From positions 224,001-288,000 of the forward strand of contig CAWBKB010000007.1 of NCBI GenBank assembly GCA_963789265.1: a DNA stretch of 64,000 nt, in the 5' to 3' direction. The stretch comes from an uncultured delta proteobacterium. GTDB lineage: Bacteria; Desulfobacterota; Desulfomonilia; Desulfomonilales; Desulfomonilaceae. Numbering within the stretch: the stretch's first letter is position 1; each line of letters opens with the position of its first letter. Under the pieces are notes generated by a model that saw nothing but the letters and a program-made list of their open reading frames with translations, was not told the origin of the DNA and searched no databases. Shown one piece after another: positions 41,560 to 49,779 of the stretch. A program made the position numbers and the translations under genes.

Positions 41560-43554
41560 TCACAGCTCCAAGCCTGACCGCGCCAACCATTGACCGAATG
41601 ATGCAGCATGCATCATATAGTGCAGCGACCCCACAGGTCGCGCTCGGAATCTCGAATAAGCCCTGCTGAGGGCCTGCACGTCGATGTACTCCGGAATAGC
41701 CTTTGAACTGCCCAGTATCGCCTCTTCCGCGAGTTCTCGGTCCAACCGCATCAGCCAATAGCTGACGCTGGGCCCAAAGTCCACTTTGTCTGCGCGGTGC
41801 TGAATCTCTCCTGGCAATATCCCCGCCATTGCGCGGCGCATGACCATTCTGGTCAGCCCTTTGTGCAGCTTCTGCTCCGGCGGAAGGGCCAGACAAAACT
41901 CCATGAGCCTTTGATCCCGAAACGGGTGCCGCACCTCCATCTTGAAGCGGGCTGACATCTTATTGATGGATTCTATCTGATGGGTAATACCACCCCAGGT
42001 GATTTCATACCAGTGTACAAGCCTGGAATTCTTCGGAGGCCCCAGCCTATGGGCCTGCAACGCATTGAATCGTTCCTTGAGCCCAATTCGTTTTGCAAAA
42101 TCTCGGTTGATAAAGGTGTCGCGGTCCCAGGGCCGCTCGCCCCGCCCGGAAAGAAGTCTCCAGGTACGCCGAACCCCGGCCGGTGTGAGTGGTTTGACGG
42201 CCTGTCGCCACAGCAACCCCCAAAAACCGCAATGCCTATTTCTGGAAAGAGCACGCACTTCACGCAGCAACGTGGGCAATTCCCCTTTTCGCAAAAGTTC
42301 CGGAAGCCAACCGTAACCGTGAGATACGGTGGTGTCACCGTCAATGCCGTCAAGGACTACACGAACTCCCAATCCCAAAACCAACCCTCCCAATGAGGCG
42401 GCATAAGAATTGGGCGCATCAAACGGATCGTCGTGGTCCCAGGGATCGCACTCAACGTACGGCAGGGTTCCTACCTGCTCACCGTCGAAATAATGTGGCT
42501 CGATCCCACCCTGATCGACCACGGCCTTTATGTAGCCTCTTTCATCACATTCGGAAACATTGTTGTAGACCAATGACATAGCCCGCAGTATTTCGGTTCT
42601 TGTTTCGGGCAATAGATTTCGTGCCACGCAAGTCACCGATGAAGAATCGAGGCCTCCACTTAAGCTGGACATCATCGGATAAGCGCTCCGTAATCGGCAG
42701 CGGACGGCTTCGGAGAAAATTTCTCGGAACGCGTCGGCATATTCCGCATCGGAGCCCAGGTGCAATTCTCTGTTGGGATCGAGGGACCAGTAGCATTTGA
42801 GCCGGTATCGGTTCGGTTCGATAGTTATGCTGTGCCCGGGAGGGAGACGCTGAATCCCCTTGTAAAAGGTCATGACCTGGTCATCGGACATTCCTATGAG
42901 ATAGTCGCCAACCATAAGTTCATTGAGCCGTCTCGGGATCTCCGGCAAGGCGAACAGAGCGCGAATTTCCGACCCGAAGACAAATACTTTATCCGAAAGG
43001 TAGTAATAGAAAGGTCTGTCCCCGGACGCGTCCCGGGCACAGAACGCGACGCTCTGTTTGCGATCCACGATGCAGAAGGCGAAATCCCCCACGAGCTTCT
43101 CTGCACAGCCTTCGCCCCATTTTTCGTACGCCCGGAGTATAATGCAGCTATCGGTAATGTCCCGCGCAGGCCCTCCTGTTCTGGGTGGGACAGGCATCTT
43201 GCCTGTCTCTAAATGACAGGCAAGATGCCTGTCCCACTGGTCCTTGGGTAGAACCGCCACTTCTTGGATGGCGCCTTGACGTGAGCCCCACAGAGCGGAA
43301 ACGAGTTCATCCCGGTTGTCTATGCGGGCATCAGCAGTGATGACGAAACGCCCGGTTTCATCGGATTTTGGGAGTTTTTCAAGCAAGGACTCCGGCGTAG
43401 TATGGAGCATCAGATGCCCGAGCCCCAACGAGCCCCCATTCCAGACCGACGATCCATCGGGACCCCGATAAGCTATCGCTTCGAGCATACCAGTAACCAC
43501 GGAGCTATCCAGAGGTCTTCCGTCGCGGAAAAATGCGCCGACGAGGCCGCTCAT
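41560..43554 (-). CDS. Lasso peptide cyclase (asparagine synthetase-like, C protein)
   Basis: MSGLVG (no N-terminal Cys), DARIDNR, LSGGLDSSS, G.DGD, PF.D.RL.EF; flanked by B2 and the precursor. Confidence 0.92.
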   Translation of the reverse strand: MSGLVGAFFRDGRPLDSSVVTGMLEAIAYRGPDGSSVWNGGSLGLGHLMLHTTPESLLEKLPKSDETGRFVITADARIDNRDELVSALWGSRQGAIQEVAVLPKDQWDRHLACHLETGKMPVPPRTGGPARDITDSCIILRAYEKWGEGCAEKLVGDFAFCIVDRKQSVAFCARDASGDRPFYYYLSDKVFVFGSEIRALFALPEIPRRLNELMVGDYLIGMSDDQVMTFYKGIQRLPPGHSITIEPNRYRLKCYWSLDPNRELHLGSDAEYADAFREIFSEAVRCRLRSAYPMMSSLSGGLDSSSVTCVARNLLPETRTEILRAMSLVYNNVSECDERGYIKAVVDQGGIEPHYFDGEQVGTLPYVECDPWDHDDPFDAPNSYAASLGGLVLGLGVRVVLDGIDGDTTVSHGYGWLPELLRKGELPTLLREVRALSRNRHCGFWGLLWRQAVKPLTPAGVRRTWRLLSGRGERPWDRDTFINRDFAKRIGLKERFNALQAHRLGPPKNSRLVHWYEITWGGITHQIESINKMSARFKMEVRHPFRDQRLMEFCLALPPEQKLHKGLTRMVMRRAMAGILPGEIQHRADKVDFGPSVSYWLMRLDRELAEEAILGSSKAIPEYIDVQALSRAYSRFRARPVGSLHYMMHAASFGQWLARSGLEL
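43185..43237. repeat. REP doublet inside the cyclase coding sequence
   Basis: Perfect 23-bp inverted arms gtgggacaggcatcttgcctgtc / gacaggcaagatgcctgtcccac with a 7-nt loop; same family as 37925-37986. Confidence 0.9.
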
Positions 43555-43994
43555 AGGCTATTCCCGTCGAAGCGAGGCAACACAGTGAAGCGACTTGAGG
43601 CCGGTGCGCCCACAACTATCACCCCCTGTGTTTCCACCCAGGCATGGGCTTCCAAGCGCCCGTCTTCTCCTCTGCTTACACCGATGCGCATGAGCGCAGG
43701 ATAACCCCAGCACGCAAATAATATCTTTGCAGCAAACGCTTGAGTAAGACACCCGGCGCCAAAAGGCATTCGCCGGCTTACAGCGGTAACGGCCCAGACT
43801 ATGCGTTCAGAAGAGGGAGACAAGGAGTTCGCTCGTTTTGAAAACCGTTGCGGCAACTCATCGGCGAGATGGAGCAGTCTCCTGAACGAAAACAGCCGGA
43901 GAGCCGCTCCCACGAGGCCCAGTACGAGAGCGGCGCTGAGAAGGAGGCGCCGATCAATCGAGGAGAGACCTACAAACTTACGCAGGAGCCTCAT
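43551..43994 (-). CDS. Lasso peptide leader peptidase (B2, transglutaminase-like)
   Basis: CLTQA.A, IGV, AHAWVE..G. Confidence 0.93.
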   Translation of the reverse strand: MRLLRKFVGLSSIDRRLLLSAALVLGLVGAALRLFSFRRLLHLADELPQRFSKRANSLSPSSERIVWAVTAVSRRMPFGAGCLTQAFAAKILFACWGYPALMRIGVSRGEDGRLEAHAWVETQGVIVVGAPASSRFTVLPRFDGNSL

Positions 43995-44274
43995 TCCTAA
44001 CCTCTATAAGACCTGCGTCCTCAAGTTTGCCGAGAAGCACAATGAGGTCTTTTTCACACCGCTCCACATCAACATCGTATTCACGTTCAATTTGGTTTCG
44101 GATTTGCTCGACTCTAATCGGCTCGCTCAGCAGGCTCCAAATTCGGGCACCAACTTCATTCAGGCCGTAGTACATGCCGTCATTGAGATTGAGAATCGCG
44201 GCCTCACCAGTCAAGTCACAGGATACCTGGTCCTTGCTCACGACCACGATCGATCCATGAGAAATTTCTGACAT
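43978..44274 (-). CDS. PqqD/RRE leader-binding protein (B1)
   Basis: SCDL.GEA.ILN...G.YYGLNEVGARIW.LL....EYDV..E.CE.D...L...L...GLI. Confidence 0.95.
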   Translation of the reverse strand: MSEISHGSIVVVSKDQVSCDLTGEAAILNLNDGMYYGLNEVGARIWSLLSEPIRVEQIRNQIEREYDVDVERCEKDLIVLLGKLEDAGLIEVRNEAPA

Positions 44275-44297
44275 CGGGGATGATTCTCGATCCAATT

Positions 44298-44732
44298 TTC
44301 TCGTTCACAGTCGCTGGGAATGCCTGCCTTGGAAACTCTACTTCGAATATGACATTGAAGTGAAGGCTCCACCGCCTGAAGGCGGTGGCTTCGGCGGCAT
44401 TTTCGCTCCCCCGGATGAATCCGGCGGTCGCTGCCGCCAGAAGACCGGGGTCGGTCTCGACGTAGGATGCTGGTGAGCCCGCGTTCCGCGGTGGGAGAAC
44501 CGCATCAATCGAGAAAAAACCGCGAACGATGCGGTTCGTCTAGCGTGCCGCGGGACTCACCGGCATCCTACGGGAATCTTTGCATCTTGTTCCGCGCCAG
44601 CACACGGTTGTATGTACTGAAGTCTTCGCCTGAAGGCGAAGGTTTTTCTCCCATTCCCCGAGGGGGACAATAATGGCGGTCTGAGAGCAGAGCCAGCCAG
44701 ATGTGGGTTCCCACGCGGAGCTTGAGAACCGG
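44298..44732. mobile_element. Nested non-autonomous elements: family A REP halves, enclosing IS200/IS605-type ends (about 44361-44673), enclosing a GTAG REP doublet (44462-44571)
   Basis: Hairpins ccaccgcc-tgaa-ggcggtgg (44369) and cttcgcc-tgaa-ggcgaag (44624); gtaggatgc.ggtgag... / ...ctcaccggcatcctac; outer halves resemble 7269-7409. Confidence 0.65.
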
Positions 44733-44751
44733 AAAGCCGTGAACTCATGCC

Positions 44752-47061
44752 TCACGCGCTGCGCTTCTGATAGTACCTGTGGTAGTGATAATCGTACCGG
44801 CCGCGACCGTACTTGTAGTAGCTATAGCCTGACGACCTTCCCCCGGCCATGTTCAACACTATTCCGAGTACACGCCCCTGGCCTCGGAACACAGAGTCTT
44901 TTGCCTGCCGCAACACCTCGACAGGAGTCTTGCCGGCTTTCATCACGAGGACCAGGCCGTCGGCGTAGCTGGAAAGAATTGTCGCATCAACTAGCCCCAG
45001 CACCGGAGGAGCATCAAGGATCACATAATCAAACGTTTTCCTACACGCTTCAAGGATTTGCCGGAAGATTTTGGTCTTTAGCAGGGGCACAGGGTTGTCC
45101 GGCGTAGTCCCTGACGTCATGTAGAACAGCCCCGGGATATGGGATTTCCTGATAGCATCCTTGATTTCCACGCACTTACCCGTTATCAGATCGCTGAGGC
45201 CGGTGGCGACGGGCTCGCTATTGAACACTTCGTGAATGCGCGGCCTCCTCAGATCGCAGTCGATTATAAGCACCTTCTTATGCTCTGATGAGATAACTGT
45301 CGCAATAACAACGGAAACGAGGGTCTTCCCTTCAAGAGGGAGCGCGCTGGAGACACACATTATTGAAGACCCTGTATCGGCTGGGATACAGGTTGAAATA
45401 GTATTTTGAATGATCCGGACCGCATCGGTGAACGGAGATGAAGGAAATTCATGAGCCATAAATTCAAATCGGGTTTTCTTCGGGTTAATTTGCATGAAAC
45501 CACGGCCGCGCTCTATTATCGGAACCGCTCCCAGAATAGGAAGATTGAGATGTTTCTCAATCTCATCGGGCGTCTTGGCGGTAGTGTCGATAATAGCGAG
45601 CCCCACGGCCAAGACAATCCCTCCAAACAATCCTAACATAGCGCCCATTAGTATGATCTTGTGTTTCTGAGGGCTTATCGGCGCTACCGGCAGCGTGGGC
45701 GAGCTGTTTATCGTAACATTGTGGCCCATAATCCCATGATCCAATTCGGCCTGCTTCGTCTTCTGGAGGAGCATCAGATACGTTTGGCTGTTGGCCTGAA
45801 CCAACTTCTTCAGGATCTCGGACTGAACCGCCAGGGATTTTATATTCAACGCGGCTTGCTTTGTCTTCTCGTACGCGGCTTTGGACACGGCCTCGTTTTT
45901 GCGCGCCTGTTCCACAGCAGAAGACAAAGTGTTTTTTTCGATTTCGGCTATGGCCTCCTCCATTGACCGAATTTGGTTCTTCAACAAGGCCATCTTGAAG
46001 TACTCGGGAGCATATATGGCCTTCTTGCCGGTATATTCAGACTTCAGCGAAGCAAGTTTGCTCCTCAGGGTCTGCAAATACTCATTGGTAACATTGGGAG
46101 GCAAAGCCTTCTCTTTTTCATATTGCTCAGCCTCGAGGTTGATGCGCTGCTCTTTGGATTGCAGCACGGATTCGTTGGCTTTTTCAAAGGAATTGAGCAC
46201 TTGATTGGCGGTCCTATCGGTAAAAAACACCCCGTGCTCTTTAGTGAACTCGAGGAGCTTGGCCTCAGACTGTTTCAATTGTTTCTCGGTTTCAGCCAAC
46301 TCGCCGTTCAACCAGGATCTGACTCTGGAAACGATCTCGCCCCTCTTTCGGCGGGTTTCGTCTATATACGTATTGAGGTAGGCCCGGAGCCTCCTCTTTG
46401 CCACCAACGGATCTGATGCCCCCATTTCCACCCGTATTAACTGCGTCCCTTTAATAGGCTTAACGGTAATTTGTGAAAGGACGGCGCTGATCGCCGCGTC
46501 GTTCCCGCGCTCCCGCGCGTCGGCGTCTCTGCTGTCCGACCCGGCGGGATTTGACGGCTCGGCCGTCGGAACCTCGGGTTGGGAAGCCGGCGCCATGTCG
46601 GCAGGCTTCTGACTCGCGGCTTCGGACGACCGCGCTTCATTCACCCGTTCCAGGAACTTTGCCGCCAGGCTTCTGCTTTGCAAAGACTCTATCTGAGTCT
46701 GGTAATAAAGATCGAATTGACCGAAAAACGAAAACAAATCATTCAAATTCGTTGAAGTTGGAAATATCTTTTCAATTTCTATGGTTGCACGCGAACGGTA
46801 CAGAGGAGTGGCATGGTAAGCGTAGCCAGCTCCAATACTCGCGCCCAAGAGGAGCATCGCGATTACGATCCATTTTCGATAAAGTATTGCATATAGATAG
46901 TCCGAGAGAGGTTTGCGCTCTTCAAACGGCACATCTATGAACCCGGGGATTTGGCCGTAGCCCTGGGTCAATTCCATCCACGGTGGTTGGCCGTTCTCGC
47001 TGAGGGTTTTGCCCGGGGGAAGAGGATTGCTCATTCCGGAACCCTGGTTGATGCCATTCAT
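44752..47061 (-). CDS. Wzc/GumC-like polysaccharide co-polymerase with BY-kinase domain
   Basis: Two TMs around a coiled coil, P.EGKT Walker A, IDCDLRRP, DAPPVL, Tyr-rich tail. Confidence 0.93.
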   Translation of the reverse strand: MNGINQGSGMSNPLPPGKTLSENGQPPWMELTQGYGQIPGFIDVPFEERKPLSDYLYAILYRKWIVIAMLLLGASIGAGYAYHATPLYRSRATIEIEKIFPTSTNLNDLFSFFGQFDLYYQTQIESLQSRSLAAKFLERVNEARSSEAASQKPADMAPASQPEVPTAEPSNPAGSDSRDADARERGNDAAISAVLSQITVKPIKGTQLIRVEMGASDPLVAKRRLRAYLNTYIDETRRKRGEIVSRVRSWLNGELAETEKQLKQSEAKLLEFTKEHGVFFTDRTANQVLNSFEKANESVLQSKEQRINLEAEQYEKEKALPPNVTNEYLQTLRSKLASLKSEYTGKKAIYAPEYFKMALLKNQIRSMEEAIAEIEKNTLSSAVEQARKNEAVSKAAYEKTKQAALNIKSLAVQSEILKKLVQANSQTYLMLLQKTKQAELDHGIMGHNVTINSSPTLPVAPISPQKHKIILMGAMLGLFGGIVLAVGLAIIDTTAKTPDEIEKHLNLPILGAVPIIERGRGFMQINPKKTRFEFMAHEFPSSPFTDAVRIIQNTISTCIPADTGSSIMCVSSALPLEGKTLVSVVIATVISSEHKKVLIIDCDLRRPRIHEVFNSEPVATGLSDLITGKCVEIKDAIRKSHIPGLFYMTSGTTPDNPVPLLKTKIFRQILEACRKTFDYVILDAPPVLGLVDATILSSYADGLVLVMKAGKTPVEVLRQAKDSVFRGQGRVLGIVLNMAGGRSSGYSYYKYGRGRYDYHYHRYYQKRSA

Positions 47062-47172
47062 TCTATTTGTCCTTTATAGCCATGATATCCGGTCGAAGAA
47101 CACGTTTCAACGGCTTTGTTGATACTGCGGCTGCGAAGCCATATTTGCAGCGCTTTACCGCGGATTGTTAAG

Positions 47173-47841
47173 TTATTTCAGTCCGCACGAGGCAAGCAGC
47201 CCCTGCTCCGCCGGATGCGCTCCCATCCAATCGACTTGTCCCGACTCTATATCATAGACGGCGCCTACCAACGCCAAATTGCCATTCTTGACCTCCCTGC
47301 GAACGATTGCGCTGGATTTCAACAGCGTCTCTGCCGTAATCCAAACATTGGCCTTCACTGCCTCGTATACGAGTAGGTCTCCAATCGCTCCCGGATAATC
47401 AGCCTTTGCCTTGGCCACTGCCGGAGCAATGAGGGCCGCAAGCTCGGCAATATTTCCGGAGCATTCCTCACCTTGTACGACCGCTCCTACGGCACCGCAG
47501 CGGGTGTGACCGAGCACCACGACCACGGACGTTCCCAGATGCGCTACGGCGTATTCTATGGAACCCATTTCAGTGCCGGATGCGACGTTCCCAGCCACGC
47601 GCACAACGAATATGTCGCCTATTCCCCTGTCAAAAATGAGCTCCACCGGCACCCTCGAGTCTGAGCAGGCAAGAACCGCGGCAAATGGCTGTTGTCCTTG
47701 CCAGGCGGTCAAGCTCCGCCGTTGCCGATCCTGATTCGGATTCTGCCCATTACCGCGGACATAGCGGCCGTTCCCCTCCCTGAGCCAATCCAGGGCTTCA
47801 TAGCTTGGCAGCTTTGCGTCCGGCATCGCCATAGTCTCCAT
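47173..47841 (-). CDS. Beta-class carbonic anhydrase
   Basis: L.EGN.RY, Q.PFA.VL.CSDSRVP, RVAGN, LGHTRCGAV. Confidence 0.95.
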   Translation of the reverse strand: METMAMPDAKLPSYEALDWLREGNGRYVRGNGQNPNQDRQRRSLTAWQGQQPFAAVLACSDSRVPVELIFDRGIGDIFVVRVAGNVASGTEMGSIEYAVAHLGTSVVVVLGHTRCGAVGAVVQGEECSGNIAELAALIAPAVAKAKADYPGAIGDLLVYEAVKANVWITAETLLKSSAIVRREVKNGNLALVGAVYDIESGQVDWMGAHPAEQGLLASCGLK

Positions 47842-47890
47842 CCGCCTGGGTCATCAAGTCTTCCCGGGCCTTCAGGACGAACAAATTGCC

Positions 47891-48973
47891 TTAACTTTCC
47901 GGGGTCGCACCGTGGGCCAGAAACTCCGCGATCAGGTAATCCGGCAGCATCTTTGTCACCAACCCCTTTTCCAAAACCGCTAGAGGCATGGAAGGATCCA
48001 CACAGTTGTTTATATCCTGAATAACTGAGACTCCGCCCGCTTCGCGAATTTGAGACAGCCCTTCAGCCCCGTCCCTCCCGGGACCCGTCATAATTATTCC
48101 CACTGCCCGGCGACCCGCGATCTGAGCGCAGGATTCAAACAGTTTATCAATGGCCCCGTCTCCGTTGTTGTGAAAGGTGTTAGATCCGAAACTCAACATC
48201 ACGTTGCCATCGACTTCAGGCTCAAGGAAGGGACCGGAGTCGCCCGAACAAAGATAGCAAGTCCCGGTTTCAATCGGCGAGGCGCAATCAGCCTTCTTTA
48301 CAGAGACCGTACTGTGTGCATCGAGATAAGCTACAAAGGGATCCAGGTAACGCGAACTGACCATAATGACCGCGATCAAGACGTCTTGGAAATCCGCAGG
48401 AAGGTACGGGATTACCCTTAGCAAGCCATAGTATCCACCCGTTCCCGTACCGATGCCGATGAAGCGAGTTGCAGGACCTGGAGCTAGCTTGTTGGAGTTG
48501 AAGCTCCCAAGCTGCTCCTTGGGTGCCAGCCTCATGTATCGGAATCGTCCCGTCCTGATCGAAGCGGCTCGCTTGACTTTGGTTATAATGTCATTCTCTT
48601 GAGCCTCAAGGCTCACATCCTCACGCCGAGAAGGCTTGGCTATCACGTCGATTGCGCCATACTTGAGGGCATCGAAGGTGGTCTTGGCCCCTTCCACTGT
48701 GAGGGAGCTGATCATAACCGTGGGGACTGGATGCTTCACCATGATGTGCTTGAGCGCGGTTATGCCATTCATCACGGGCATCTCTACATCCATGGTAACT
48801 ACGTCCGGATTGAGATTCCGGATCATCTGGAGAGCTTCCAAGCCGTCTTTAGCCCATCCCACGACCTGGAACTTCTCGTCATTCTCCAGAATGTTAGTGA
48901 TCTGGCGGCCCATAAGCGCGGAATCGTCCACCACCAGGACCCTAATTTTTGATTCACCGGGCTCCCGGGTCAT
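47891..48973 (-). CDS. cheB: REC-CheB protein with degenerate methylesterase site
   Basis: VVDDS, TMDVEMP.MNG, then GTGTGG (for GASTGG) and MTGPGRDGA. Confidence 0.85.
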   Translation of the reverse strand: MTREPGESKIRVLVVDDSALMGRQITNILENDEKFQVVGWAKDGLEALQMIRNLNPDVVTMDVEMPVMNGITALKHIMVKHPVPTVMISSLTVEGAKTTFDALKYGAIDVIAKPSRREDVSLEAQENDIITKVKRAASIRTGRFRYMRLAPKEQLGSFNSNKLAPGPATRFIGIGTGTGGYYGLLRVIPYLPADFQDVLIAVIMVSSRYLDPFVAYLDAHSTVSVKKADCASPIETGTCYLCSGDSGPFLEPEVDGNVMLSFGSNTFHNNGDGAIDKLFESCAQIAGRRAVGIIMTGPGRDGAEGLSQIREAGGVSVIQDINNCVDPSMPLAVLEKGLVTKMLPDYLIAEFLAHGATPES

Positions 48974-49763
48974 CTGCTCCGCCTTTGGGTCCTTTTTTTC
49001 CCGATAAAACCTCCCTTGCCAATTGAATGTAGGCTTTGGCACCGGGAGACTGAATATCAAATGCAATAACAGGCGCTTGGCGATAAGGAACCTCCGCCAG
49101 ACGAGGGTCTCTGGGAACGATGGTCCGAAAGACGTGGTCCCTTAAATACTGCCGCACCTCCTGTACCACTTTCACGGTGAATCCGGCTCTTTTGTCGGCC
49201 ATAGTCAAGAGAAAGCCGAAAATCGCAAGTTTGGTATTGTGAAGCCTCTTGACTTCGAGCGCGGCCCTTAATACTCGGCCTACGGTTCCCATCGAGGCAT
49301 ACTCACATTGGACCGGGACCAAGTACGAATCAGCCGCGATCAAGGCGGCATACGTGGGATTGTCCATCCTGGGAGGGCAATCGAGAAAGATGAAATCGTA
49401 CGCGGGCCTGATTCGCTCGAAGAAACGGTAGAACATACCGGTGTCTCGCTGCAAGACTCCGCAATAAAAGGCCTCGTCGGAAATAGACCTTACATTGGAA
49501 GGAATGAAACTCAGATGGGGCAAACGGGGATGAGCCGGATATATTGCATCCTGGGGGGCTGTACCATCTCGGATGACGTCGAGCACGCCGGTAGGCGCAT
49601 CCTCGGGTTCCAGGCCAAAGCTCTTTGCCAATCCACACTGAGGATCCACGCCGACCAGGAGGACTTTCCTCTTGATGGCAGAAATGCAGGCTCCCAGGTT
49701 CACGGCTGTTGAGGTTTTGCCTACCCCGCCTTTCTGGCTGACAATGGCAATGATCTGGCCCAT
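48954..49763 (-). CDS. ParA-family ATPase within the chemosensory operon
   Basis: QKGGVGKTSTAVNL, DPQ, DCPP, PVQCEY, LAE.P. Confidence 0.92.
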   Translation of the reverse strand: MGQIIAIVSQKGGVGKTSTAVNLGACISAIKRKVLLVGVDPQCGLAKSFGLEPEDAPTGVLDVIRDGTAPQDAIYPAHPRLPHLSFIPSNVRSISDEAFYCGVLQRDTGMFYRFFERIRPAYDFIFLDCPPRMDNPTYAALIAADSYLVPVQCEYASMGTVGRVLRAALEVKRLHNTKLAIFGFLLTMADKRAGFTVKVVQEVRQYLRDHVFRTIVPRDPRLAEVPYRQAPVIAFDIQSPGAKAYIQLAREVLSGKKGPKGGADDPGAR

Positions 49764-49779
49764 AGGCTTGGATTACCTC

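Noticed and set aside
41560..43554. Housekeeping asparagine synthetase AsnB
   Set aside because: It lacks the catalytic N-terminal Cys and is flanked by RRE, B2 and a canonical precursor.
47891..49066. Extended starts for CheB (49066) and CheA (53442)
   Set aside because: The CheB extension overlaps ParA, and neither extension adds a recognisable domain; the downstream ATGs have better RBS context.
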